Source: Paraspadella gotoi
Taxonomy: Eukaryota; Animalia; Chaetognatha
Assembly (NCBI GenBank): GCA_051294375.1
Contig: CM119263.1
Coordinates: forward strand, 14,152,414 to 14,216,413
Direction of reading: 5' to 3'
DNA length: 64,000 bases
Position 1 is the first letter of the stretch; every line of letters begins with the position of its first letter. Shown here one piece after another: positions 1 to 12,749 of the stretch. Position numbers and translations under genes: made by a program. A model generated the notes under the pieces. The model worked only from the letters and a program-made list of their open reading frames with translations. It did no database searches and was not told where the DNA came from.

Positions 1-274
1 CTCTTCTATTCTCTATTTTAACTGGTCCTCTCCGCTACAACCCTAACCAAAGAATTTTTCCCTCTCGGGCAAATTGTTTTAACCCGTCTATTCATTCAGT
101 CATTCAGATTTTTCTTTATTTTTGAAAGGCCTAAAATTACAGAGAGAGCCTTTCTCACCAGAGGGGCCCGATGTCAAAAATAATTTGGCACAAGCTTTAT
201 CATTTACTTCTACTTTCAACCACCGAAGTTTTTCTTTTAACTCTGTATCGGTACGATTTTTTTTCCTTTTCTTG

Positions 275-420
<146 letters not shown>

Positions 421-2445
421 TTTTTATTTTTTTTCTCTCCCTTCCCCCTCCCTCTTTCACCCTCTCTAGTTCACCTGCCCAACGTTTCATCAGGGAGACG
501 AGATGGCTGTAGATTAATGATAAACTCATCTTATGATAGCCGAACGGCCAATTTTTATTTTCTAAAACTGAAAAATCTCTCTGTTCTACTATTTTTTATT
601 TTCTTCTTTGACTTTCGAGCTTCGAGTCCCTTAAATTCCGATTTTTCTCTTCCGTTGTTTGTTTTCCTTTTTGCTCATCATCGCCATTTTTTTTTTCTGG
701 CGTCGGATCTCGGAATATTCATTCATCCTCCCCGCCATTCGTCTGTTTATTCTTTGTTGACATTGACATTTCTGATTGTTTTAACTGATAAAGTTCCGCG
801 TTGATTTTTCTGTTTACTCTCTCTCGTTCTCCACCGGTCCAACCCTCTTGTTTTCGTTCAATACTTACTTTTCACCGTTTGCGAAGTTTTCACTTTCACT
901 ACATTCCACTTTTTTTTTTGTTTACAGTATTTTATTTTCAAACTTTCCTAAAACACCCTGTCTACCTATTCCACTCCCCTATTTTTCTCCATTTAACTTT
1001 CTTCTACTAACTATCACCTTTTCCCTCATTCGAAAAACTTTCCAGTCGCCGAGTGATCTCTGAATCGATTCTCTCCCCTACTCCGATGAAATGCATTCAC
1101 ACACTTTTTTTACTCCATTTTTTTTCGCGTTTATCTTTTCTTTCTTATCTCGAGTTTGTGGTAAGGGAGATCCAGTTCCTTCTCTTCCATTCATCTCGCT
1201 CTCGTGTGTAGCTTTTCAACCAGAGAATTTTAAAACCGAAAAGAGTAATTTTTTTAAGAACGAAATTTTTTAAAGGCGACGCGAAGGAAAAAAGTACAGA
1301 AACCAAACTGGAATCGACGTTCTCGCTTCTTTGTTGTTATGTACCCGTTGCGCATTTCGACTTAATGAGATTATCATGTTTGCCATTTTCCGTCCCTTCC
1401 TTCCCCCCCCTCTTTATTTTAGTCCCGCCTACATCCGCCCCCCATACGCGTGTGATGCGAATAATTTTTATTTTCGTTGTAGTTTTTCCCTTTTTTTTTT
1501 AAATTTGGTTTTTTTCTCTAAATAAAAATTCGAGGTAGAACTGTCTGGACGGTAAAGTGAACCACGAACCCGCTTTTATCAACGTTTTTGTAATCTTCCG
1601 TAGTAAATTATACACCCTTCGGCTTTATGGCAAAGGGTTACCCCATGCCTGGATCATTGAACGGTTATTATCGTTTCACAGCCTGCCCCAACCCCAACGA
1701 GGCTTGAAAAAAAACAACGAATGATTACATACATATTCCATTCTATAAAAAAACAACCGTTAACTTTATCATTAAAGATATTAAACTTTTATTGTTGGTG
1801 CAGTTGATGAGACAGCTGTACCAAGTAATAAAGTTTTGTTTACAAAGAAAAGTAATCTTGTGTACATACAAATAACTGATTTAATATCCCTTAACGAGGT
1901 TCCTGAAAAGGTCGGCCGGAGATACTATTTTTTTATTGTATCCAATCTTCAGCCGAATTTTTCAGAAATTTTTTTACACTACATATTCCGCTACTTGAAA
2001 GTATCGTAAATGTTTTTTTTTGTAACAATGAGAATGATTTTTAATCTATTTGCTAAATTAATTCGAGTCTATTGTCGTATCTTGTACCGATTTTGCCGTC
2101 TTAATCTTAACCCATGTCCTTGTCCCGTACCCCATAGATTGGTTTAGTTTATTCGACCGTTAATTTTTCTGTTTCTTGAAAAGAAATATTGATTTTTTTT
2201 TCTACGTTACCTTTTCATTTGCCAACTGGTAAAACGAAAATTACGAACGTTTTATTATATTTTGTTTCTGTAACTAATGAATGTACAAAAAAAAATAAAT
2301 TTCGCCAAATCATACCAATGAAAAATAATGCCTCTTTAAATTTTCTCATGGTTTGTCGGTGACACCATAATTGTCGGTGAAAGTCAGAAGAATTTTGCGT
2401 AAAGTTATCACTAAGGACAATCGTAGGGGAAAAGAGGGCAATGTG

Positions 2446-2586
2446 GGTCACGTGGCCGCCACAAAAAGTCACGTGATCAAAGGCAGACTTCCGCTGTTTC
2501 ATTCGGTTTCTTTTGATTCTGTTCCCCCATCGCGGCCGCAACCGATGGTGCATTTCATTTCCTATTTTTGTGCCGCGGCCCCAATC

Positions 2587-2638
<52 letters not shown>

Positions 2639-2737
2639 CTTCTCACTTTCCTTTGTCTCCCCCCTATTTAGCCGCTTATTCTCGGGCCGACAATCGGATA
2701 CAGTCACGTTCACGGGAGCGTGACGCTCGTCACGTGA
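2446..2737. promoter_or_regulatory. CpG-rich E-box (TCACGTG) cluster, promoter/enhancer-like
   Basis: CACGTG at 2449, 2470 and 2731, each preceded by GT (GTCACGTG), plus CCAAT at 2582, in a CpG-dense patch. Confidence 0.35.
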
Positions 2738-3213
2738 TTCGGCAGCTGCCGCGGATCGGTCAAGAAGCTCCGCTGCCGCCACGATAGAGACGGTCGTTGA
2801 AATAATTTTTACGCGAAACTTTTATTCCATCGCTGAATATTCTAATCAATCGAAATCGTAATTTGAAATTTCCTCCTAAAAATAATCACACATTTGTTTG
2901 TGCATATGGACAAAATAAAAATTCAAAGCAGTTCACTGTGAATTAGTCGGAAACCTTTCCGTAAGAAAAGACGACGACGATTATGCTGACGAATCGATTG
3001 TTGTTAAAAACAGAAAAGTCATAAATGTCGAATCCCCGTGAATGGACGATAGCAATATATTTTTTCTCTATTGAAATCATAGGATACGTAAATCGTGTCG
3101 ACGCGAAATTGGCTACCGAGTTCTATGGGGATTGAAAATTGCCGTTTAGTCACATCTTTTTAAGAGGAAACAAAAATGGGCCACCGACTAATGCTGGGTA
3201 CTACGTATATATA

Positions 3214-3253
<40 letters not shown>

Positions 3254-3757
3254 AGTTGGTAAGTATTATTAACTATTTAGGTAAACTGATTTTAATTTAT
3301 TTGACACATAATTTCAGCAACATTTAGATTTCGAAGCAATATTCCCCGGAATATCCATCAATGTACAGTTCAGCCTATGAGCAACGGATTCTTTTTAATT
3401 AGCGACCTTTTAGTCAAGTGAAAACCGATAACGGTCTCCCGCTTAATATTCGACCGGGAATACCAGACACATCTTAGCGGTGTGGCGGAGTAGCTGTGGA
3501 GCGGAGGAGAGGAGCGGTGGGTGGGGTGTGGTCGAGCGGGCCCGGGATCACGTTTTCGTGTGGTAGAGACGATAAATTAGATTCGGTCCATCCTCCCCGA
3601 AAGTTAAATTGACTTGAATGTCAATTACTTGTTTCTTCTTGAAAAATTACAGGCAGATCGAAAGAGGGAAAAAACGTTAAAAAAACATCGTTAAGACTTA
3701 CTTAAAATTTCTGATCCGTAGAAAAAACATGAGAGGGACTGATTGAAACAAGCTTTG

Positions 3758-3760
3758 ATA

Positions 3761-3841
<81 letters not shown>
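3758..3841. repeat. (GA)n microsatellite followed by A-rich purine tract
   Basis: Direct reading; one of dozens of GA/CT tracts in the window. Confidence 0.95.
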
Positions 3842-3845
<4 letters not shown>

Positions 3846-4153
3846 AAGAAAAAATGAAAAAAAAGGAAATAAAAAGAAAGAAAGAAAGAAAAAAAAGAAA
3901 AAAAGAAAAAAAGAAGAAAAAAGAAAAAAAGAGAAAGAAAGTTACAGAGAGAACGAAAGAGAGAGAGATGGCTCACGAGGCCCGAATCTATGAAGATCGT
4001 CAATGTCTACTTCGGGATCCGAAGAAACATGAATAGTGGGAAGAATAAAAGACGAAGCAAAAAAAAAATGGGGAAAAGCCAAAGACAAAAAGGGGAAAAA
4101 AGGGCGAATTCGGTGACGGGAACATCAGAGAAAATCAAGGGACGTCACGGGAT

Positions 4154-4186
4154 ATCACATGACATCACATGACATCACATGACATC
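4154..4186. repeat. 10-bp tandem repeat (ATCACATGAC)x3.3
   Basis: Three exact copies read directly. Confidence 0.9.
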
Positions 4187-4877
4187 GCTGGACAGTTTTT
4201 TTGAACGGGATAGAGGATCAAACGAAGGGGACGGTAATTGCGTTAGAGAGATGCGAGGGTGGTCGCCGCTCCGAACCACTTATCTTTTGAAGGTTCTTTC
4301 GTTGTTTTAAGCATCTTAAAACAATAGTGTATCTGGAAAGGTCTTTAAAATAACTGAAGACTAATCTTTACTATTTTATTCCGATTAGTCTGATTTGGCC
4401 TCGTAAAGTTTCCTTGTTTAACGCGTTTTCATATAATTATGCGCTTCTCTGATAGTAAATACAGTTAATGTCATTTTGATTGTCATTTTGTCGCATTTGA
4501 AATAATTAAGTGTTCCATTTTTATTATTTACTTTAAATCTTGCAGGTCTTGTTCAAGAGCGGAGTCACCAAGATATATTAGTAAAAGAGGATCCTAAGAA
4601 GTCATGTCTCAGGTTTTTCCAGTTTACGGTCGATAGCAAACAAATTTATTACCATTATTACTGAGAGAAAGAGAAGAAATTGGATCGTTGTGGAGGAAAT
4701 TAAAGAAAGCCTCCCAAGAATTAGGAAACAGACAAATAATGCCAGTGTACAGAGAGTTTCTTTAGTGTTATTTGGTTTCTCCTCATAGAAACAGTACGAA
4801 GAAAGAAGAAATATTATTTATAAATTCTGGTCCACAGTCCAGTGTCCAAGCACCTCATGCGGGTCGCAGTTATGTAC

Positions 4878-5403
4878 CAAGCCTTCTCGGGTCTCGCCAT
4901 TCTGGGCCGAGCCTTCTCCGGTCGGCAATTCTGGGCCGAGCCTTCTCGGGTCCGCAATTCTGGGCAGAGCCCTCTCGGATCCGCAATTTTGGGTTTAGCT
5001 TTCTCGGGACCGCCAGATTCCGGGCTGAGCTTTCTCAGGTCCGTAATTCTGGCCGAGCCTTCTTGGGTCTGCAATTCCGAGGCAGAGACTTCTCGGGTCC
5101 GCAATTCGGCCGGGCGTTCTTGGGCCGCAATTCCGAGAGGAGCTTTCTCGGGTCCAAAAATTCGGGGCCGAGCCTTCTCGGGTCCGCAATTCCGCCGAGC
5201 GGAGACTTCTTGGGTCCGGCAATTTCAGGCTGAAGCCTTCTCAGGTCCGCAATTCCGAGTGGAGACTTCTCGGGTCCGCAATTCCAGACCGAGCCTTCTC
5301 GGATCCGCAATTTCGGGCCGAGCCTTCTCGGGTCCGCAATTCCAGGCCGAGCCTTCTCGGATCCGCAATTTCGGGCCGAGCCTTCTCGGGTCCCGCCATT
5401 CGG
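4878..5403. repeat. GC-rich minisatellite, ~29-30-bp unit, ~18 copies
   Basis: Consensus about GGGCCGAGCCTTCTCGGGTCCGCAATTCY repeated head-to-tail with substitutions and small indels. Confidence 0.95.
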
Positions 5404-6185
5404 GGTCGACACGAAGACGGAATCTTCGGTCGGAATCAAAGCGAATAAATCTTCTCCAACTGGTTAAAAGGAGGATGTCAGTTTTTGGCGTTTGACGAAT
5501 GTCACCGTCGTCGTCGTCGTCGACATCGTCGTCGTTGTGCGGGAACCAGAAATCGAAACTGCTTCCCCTCCTCTCTCTTCTCTCTTCTTTCTGCTCTCTC
5601 TCTCTCTCTGTTTAAACTTCTAAAGTCAGCTGTATTTTTAATCGTCTCGTTGTTACCTTTTTGGATGGCGCTTAATTTATGGCTTTGTTCGATTGTAGTC
5701 GCAAGGAAATGATGCATGGCCGAATCTCCTTCGGCCATCCCGACGATGTGTCAGTGTCAACAAAGGGTGGAAGAAAATAAAATCTTTTTTTAAAAAATTA
5801 TTATTATTATTATTATCATCATTATTATTGATCTACAATAAACGCGGACGAATATATATCATATCCGTTTTTTCTACTAAAATGATTTACTTTTCGATGA
5901 GGTAAAAAACATTTTTTTTTTTTGCGAATACAAAAAAATAAATTGGTTGGGAGACGCGAGTGGACGTTTATTGTGGGTCGATTCTCATTAAACGAAATTA
6001 AAAAGTGTCTCCGCACACGATTTAATTTCGCCTTTGATGGAAGCGAAGATCGAAAAAAGTATCCAGAATTGGACAGAGATTCATTAGATGCCGTTAGTTC
6101 CACCCATCACCTGGGATAAAAAATGGGCGCTGTTCAAACACATCCTTCGATGGTCGAGGTCTCTCTCTCTTTCTCTCTCTTTCTC

Positions 6186-6241
<56 letters not shown>

Positions 6242-9199
6242 GCTTCCCTCTCGAAGAAGCGAGAGTATACACGCCATAAATCAGGTGTCAGGCCCTGGCG
6301 GCGCCGAGTCGACGGCATTGTCTTCGATCCTCCAAGACGTTTGTCCACGTCGAAGTCTTCGGATCTTCGGGCGTTGTGTCGAACGGCGGGATTCGGTCCG
6401 AAGGTTTCGGGAAGTGGAACGCGGTGACCGGACCGGATTCGGATTTTACGATCGAGAGTGTAATTTCTTCCTTCATTTAGAACGAGTCACGTAAAGGGTA
6501 TGAGATTGGTACAATCAGTACAAAGATTATATATTCTTTCATTAAACAAGCTACAAGCAGCTATATTGCCTCCTGTCTTCGGTCAGGCTATGGCATGTTA
6601 GCCTAATTATAATCTGCCAAATTTTTCTGGAACGAATCCTCAAAAAGAAACTGCGTTTAGAAAACCGGCATCCTCCTTTGTTTTTCCCCTTTCTCTGTTT
6701 TCTCCCTGTTTCTCTCTCGCGCGCTTTTGTTTCTCTTCTCCGCCTCCCTAGCGAAACCTTTTCGTGCTCTTCGTTTCTCTCCGTCTCCGTCTCCCTCCGG
6801 TTCTCCCTTTCCGTCTCTCTCTCTCTCTCTCTCTCTCTCCCGTCCGCCCTCCACTCTTTCCTTTTTTCCTCGCCACAAATCCTTTGCTTGATGCCTTTCG
6901 TTTTGACATTAATCGGTCCTCCGTCGGACTCATGTTGTAAACCCAGGAGCTTGTAAATGTTTCCTATTACGACCTCCAAAGTCCAACTTGCTCATGCGGA
7001 AAAAAAAATGCCTTAACCACAGGCGAAGGAAAACTGTCTCTTTGCCTCCGCCTCTCCCTCGCGTCAGGCTCTTTAACAATAGTTGTTTTCTTTTGTTTTT
7101 CGCCACTTCGTTCCTTCATTCACTTCTGCTTGGAAACTCAAACCTTTAACCTTAATAATTCCATCTCAAACCATCGCCATTTTCTTTATCCTTCTCCACC
7201 CATATTTTTCCCCTCCGTTGCCAGCCACAGAGATACGCGCCAACGCCGGCCTTCCTCACACACTCCGAACGCGCCACATCTTCTCGCAGCTCCTAATCCT
7301 CACTCACCAGCCTCACTCCCTCACTCGCCCAAGTCCTCTCCCACCCCTAGTCCACAATTCGGGCGCCAAATGGCCGAGTTTTTCCGGAGTGTGACAGAAA
7401 TGAGTCTGACCCGGGTCCAGGTACAGATTTGTTTTCAAAATGGCGTCGCATTAATTCCGTCCCGCCGCAAGGAATCGGATAGTATACTGAAACTTTTTTT
7501 AAATTTTGTCTAGTAGGTAAAACTACGTATGAGTAACGAAAAGTGCGGTGCATTCGCCTGTTTCTGATTTTTAATTTCGAAAAAAGTTTTTCAGTTTATA
7601 GACGTGCAATTGTTGTGCATACATTTGACAAAGAAATCGCAAACAAACTAAATAGAAAATTGAAGAAGACAGACAAAATTTATTGAAAGCTTTTCATTTG
7701 TAGGATTTCCTGGAGAACAATAAGTTCTTTCCAATTATTTTTGCGTATTTGTTTGTTTAGTTGCTTATTTTGTCGCTTTTTTTTATCCTTTCTTTTTTAG
7801 TCTTTTTTTTTTCTTTCTTTCTATTTTTCTTTCTTTTTTTCTTGTTTCTTTACACGTAAACAAAAGCAAGAAACACATCGTTCGTGCAAGTCTACGGCCC
7901 GGTTTCTTTAATGCCTCGCTTCATGAATTCAATAACCATCAAAGTTGCAGTCGTTGTTCCAGCTGGAAATGTTTCCTTTAAAGCAGATGGCGTTATAAAG
8001 CGTTTGCAAAGGCGGCGCGTCTCGACTCGTAACGAATCTTTGCTTTGCCGTCTGCGTTTTATTTGGCCGAAGACACGAAACGACCAACGGACGGCGAAGC
8101 CTGGGAGTCCAGATAAAAGCTCCGCTGGAAATAAGGGGAGGGGAAGGGCGAGAGGGGGCAAGGGGGTTGAGAAAGGGGTTAATGGAGATGTGGGAAAGGG
8201 ATGCTGAAATATCGGGTATATAAGAACAGTATCAGCACAGTAGAGGAAGCTGCAGGTGATTGGACAGTGAAATGCGGCAACTAAAAGTTGAGTAAGTACG
8301 GGCCGAAGTTTCTAAGCCTTTGCAGAGTGAAGAGCTAGGCTGTGTTGGTCGGGCTGGAAAGGGCGAGGGACGATAGATGATTTATGCCTCTCAAGAGGGA
8401 CGAAGTCTCTCGGCGCAAAATCGAAGGACGGGGAAAAAAACAACAACAACAACAAAAAAAAAACACGAAATGAGCGTAGGATAATTATAATAAATAAATG
8501 TATTTTTTCGGAGAAAATTGAGAAAATAAGGAAATGAATTTCTTCGGCAAAAATGGGAAAAATGGCTCTGAAAAAAATAGATGCGAAAAAGGATGAGAGT
8601 AGATAGAAATAATCTCTGCAAAAGAGAGAGTAGAGATAAAAGGAAAACGAGAGATAGAGCAAAAGAGTGAGCGAGATAGCGGAAAAGAGAGCGTGAGATA
8701 AACAGATGTATATGTAGATAGAGAGGGGGCAAGCAATTAAAGTATGGCGGCTTACTTTCCAATTTCTTCATATTTTTTTAGTCTATCAAAACTATGAAAC
8801 ACAAATTTAATTCCTAAAACTCAGCGTTAATTATCCCAGGCGATATTCTTCGCCAAAGCTCTCGTCGACTCGTTTTTCCTCCCGTCATCTTCGCCTTCCA
8901 TTAATAACATTAACATCCTCTCTCCCGCCTCTCTATCATTTATTTCCCGACCAGTCATTTCGCCCCCCCCCCTCCGCCTGGGTTCACCCTCCACGACCCT
9001 GCTTTTGCTCTCGACCGCTCCGGTGATTGATGATAAACAACTTGAAAATCATTTCGAGGTCTGTTTACTCCTCGAAATTTTCACCCACCAAAAACTCAAA
9101 GAGAGAGAGAGAGAAAGAATGAGAGAGAGAGAGACCCACACACAGAGAAACCTTTCTCTCTTTTTTTTTCAGGTTTAGCTTTTCCGCGACTGCATTCGT

Positions 9200-9240
<41 letters not shown>

Positions 9241-9242
9241 AG

Positions 9243-9293
<51 letters not shown>

Positions 9294-9668
9294 AGAGAAG
9301 AGAGAGAGAGTATTCGTGCCCAGATGCGTTTCTCGAGTCTGAGCCTTCGACTTTGGACTGGTCACTCATTATCCAGCGGCGGGAAACCTCCTCTGAGGCC
9401 CAGAGAGGCCGAGCGCTCTAGATGCGGAGGCCCCCGCTTGAGTCTGGGACGAAAAAACGCCCAAGACGAGTTCGACTGATTCGACGACGTTAAAGACGAT
9501 TCTCGATTCTCCAAAAGGAGGCGTCGCGAACAAAAGGCGACGCTAAACTCGGAAGAAAAAAAAATCGCGAAGAAACCGAAGAAGAAGAGGCGCGCACCGG
9601 GTTGCCACGGCGACGCGAAAACGTCACCTAAATCACTGAATTTATTTCTCTCGCTCATTCTTTGAGCC

Positions 9669-9708
<40 letters not shown>

Positions 9709-9768
9709 GACCCGCCGGGGTCGAATGTCTTATCCAGTGACTTAATCCGGGGGGAATTTCGCTTTCGG

Positions 9769-9876
9769 CCAATCGCAGCATTCAAGGTGATACTAATCAC
9801 TGGCCAATCGGCTCCTCGATTTCGCCAGTTTCGTAACCGATTGGGTCGTAAAGATAAGGCAAAATGTCACGATTGG
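9769..9876. promoter_or_regulatory. Four regularly spaced CCAAT boxes (NF-Y-type promoter-like array)
   Basis: CCAAT at 9769 and 9804, ATTGG at 9840 and 9872; spacings 35, 36 and 32 bp in a CpG-rich patch. Confidence 0.4.
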
Positions 9877-10382
9877 TCGAGAGGGAGTGAAAGAAAAAAA
9901 AAGAGGTGAAGCATTCGATTCGTCGTAAATCAGTCGACGTCTCTCCGCGCGAAAATCGGCGACCGAGGGGACGACCCCGGGAGGTGGGGGTAAAGTACAG
10001 AGGAGGAGGGAAGAGGGGGAGCGTTTGCTGTAAAGGGTAAGTGAACTGTGTGCGGCAGAATGAGTGGGGGTGGGAGTGGGGGGGTCAGGAAGGGTTAAAT
10101 CCTTCGGTTTTAAGTAAGAGAAAGTGTCTAGATTCGATTCGTGGGCCCTAGTCCGATGTGAAAAAAAAAATTAATAAGATTTAATGAAAACCTTAAGAGT
10201 TAGAATGAGAATTCTAATCGAAATATTGCCTTTTTCTTTCGGGGAAGACCACCCAACGAGGGGCGTCGTAAAAAAGTGACGGGCAAACGTCTCAAAAGAA
10301 CGAGAAAGAAAGAAAGAAGAAAGAGAAGAGAAAGAAGAGAGAGAAAGAAAGATCGGACGAATAAAAGAGAGAGAGAAAAGAA

Positions 10383-10457
<75 letters not shown>

Positions 10458-11146
10458 AGGGTTTGAGGGCCGCGCGGGAGACTAAAAAAAGTCGAGGGAA
10501 AAAAAAATTGTGACTAAAATCTAGAATGAGGAAACGACCCAAAATTCGTTCAATGTTTCGAAGGAACAAAATATATGGCAATGATCGACAGTCATATACC
10601 TAGTCCTGAAAGAAAATTACAGCTCATATATTTTTTATAAAAATTAGTTTAAATAACCAATGTATTCATTTAATATCTTATCTCTCAAGTAATCCATTTA
10701 AACACGATTGAGCTTTTGAAAACTTCCTCCTGGTCTTACGTAGTCAAAGCAGGTCCCACTGGTCCCACTCATATCAGTGAAGTACCTCGATCCTGCTGCC
10801 GTCTAATTTTAGGTTGCTCCGACAATGTCACGCCACAAAAAGTGTCACGCTCTCGCCAATGAAATGACACGTCACAAATCCTGCATCGAATCCCTCGTCA
10901 CGACCTCACCCGAGACCTCACCCGATGCGTCTGCCCTCCAAATCCGAATCTCGTTCCGCTCTTCGTCCAAAATTCTTCGCGGGAGTCTTTCCCTCTTTTT
11001 TTTTTTATTCTCGGTCGAGGATCCCAAGTTTTTCGCGGGACAGGAAACCCAATATGGCCTCCGATGAACTTTCGGAGACTCGAGCTTCGAACGGAGTTCA
11101 GATTCTCTAATTTCACTTTCGAAAAAATACCAATTAGAAAAAAAAT

Positions 11147-11177
<31 letters not shown>

Positions 11178-11197
11178 AGAGAGGAGAGAGAGAGGAG

Positions 11198-11233
<36 letters not shown>

Positions 11234-12713
11234 CGGATGCGAAGGTTTTTTTTTTTTCGAATTTTTTCTTTTCTTCGAAATAGAAAGAAATTTTTTTCTT
11301 CTTCTGATTTATGAGGTTTCGGAGGCCAGAAAAACTCCATTCGGTTCAGTTTATTCGTTGTTTATTAGTATTTCCAACTAACCTTATATTTTATTGGATA
11401 GGTTCGATTAGATCCAGAAATCGAGCTGACAGCGAATGACACTCGTACGTTACCAGTTTTATATTTCCACTCGATATTTTGTGTTTCCCGTTTTTTTTTC
11501 CAGATCTTTTATAAAACTGCATAAAACTAAAAAGGACTGAAATAAGAACAAATAATTGATAAAAATAAGTTTAAAATGTTCAGTCAGTCGTTAAAATTTG
11601 GTTATGGGTGAGGAGCATTTTAAAATAGATCGAAAACTTAAGATTTTCTGGCAATGACTAATGTCTATTCAAAATCTTCTTAAATTTTATCAGCGCTCTA
11701 AACGTCCTAACTTCCATTCTTCAAAAGATTCCACGTTTTGATCTCCGCTCGTTCGCTTTGACTCCCATCGATTTCAAAATCCATTTTCCCGCCCTTCTCA
11801 TCCGAATAATCTCGTTTTCTCCCCGCCAGACATCGCATCGTCACCCCTCTTAACCTTCTCATCCTCTGAGAGCTTAACCCACCGAGACCGCCGCTCCTCG
11901 CCCAATACCGCCCCTCGCTTCCCTTCCATTTTCAGTTCCCTCCACGAAGTTCCACTCTGCAAACATTATTTTCCATCTTTTCATTTTTCTGTTTGCCGAC
12001 TCTCGCGCGCTGCCGCACTGCCGCTCGGGCCATCGCTTCGTTAGCGCCGGGGAAGCCTTTTCTATTTTTTTCGCTCCGTCGGTTTTCGAAAAAGAAAAAA
12101 ATTCTAGAATTCAAGAATTCAAACTTAAATAGTCGGCGACAGTCTTTATCCTTCCTCCCATGTCTTTACAATGTAATATGGAATATGTCATATGTCATAT
12201 CACCATCTTTTGACGCTCTCTGTACTACTATCACCATAATTCGACTCTTCCCGCGAGATTATCAACAATTTCTCCCCGCCTCCGGGTTGAAGCCTCGTCA
12301 TCTCTAGAGAGAAGAATGAATCAACTTATGAGATTTGTCTCGTCTGCTTCGATTCCACGCTCCGATCCGTATATCGCAACGTCTTTGTTTTGGATTGGCT
12401 GTTACAAAGACTTTAAATCCTTTGCCATGGCGGATAAATCCACGACAAGCGCAGGAAATCGAGTTAAGACGTTAGCGCTCACGCCTGCCGGCGCCGCTTT
12501 TTTTTTTTCTTTCTCTTTTCCGGCGTTTCCGATCGGGACGACCGTCGCCATCGAACGGCGCCAAAGATTGCGACTTCTTTCCCGCCGGCGACGCTTCCAC
12601 CCCCCGGGGAAACCAGCGCCGATAATTGAGTCGAGATTTGCGTCGTCGCGTCTTTGGAACAAACCCAGGCGTCCTCACTTGATTAGGCATATGTGGAGAC
12701 CTCTCTCGTCTCT

Positions 12714-12749
<36 letters not shown>

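Noticed and set aside
4878-5403. CRISPR-like array of ~30-bp hairpin repeats; repeat-protein ORFs
   Set aside because: Units are contiguous with no unique spacers, there are no cas genes and the context is eukaryotic; 29/30-bp unit variation shifts frame, arguing against coding.
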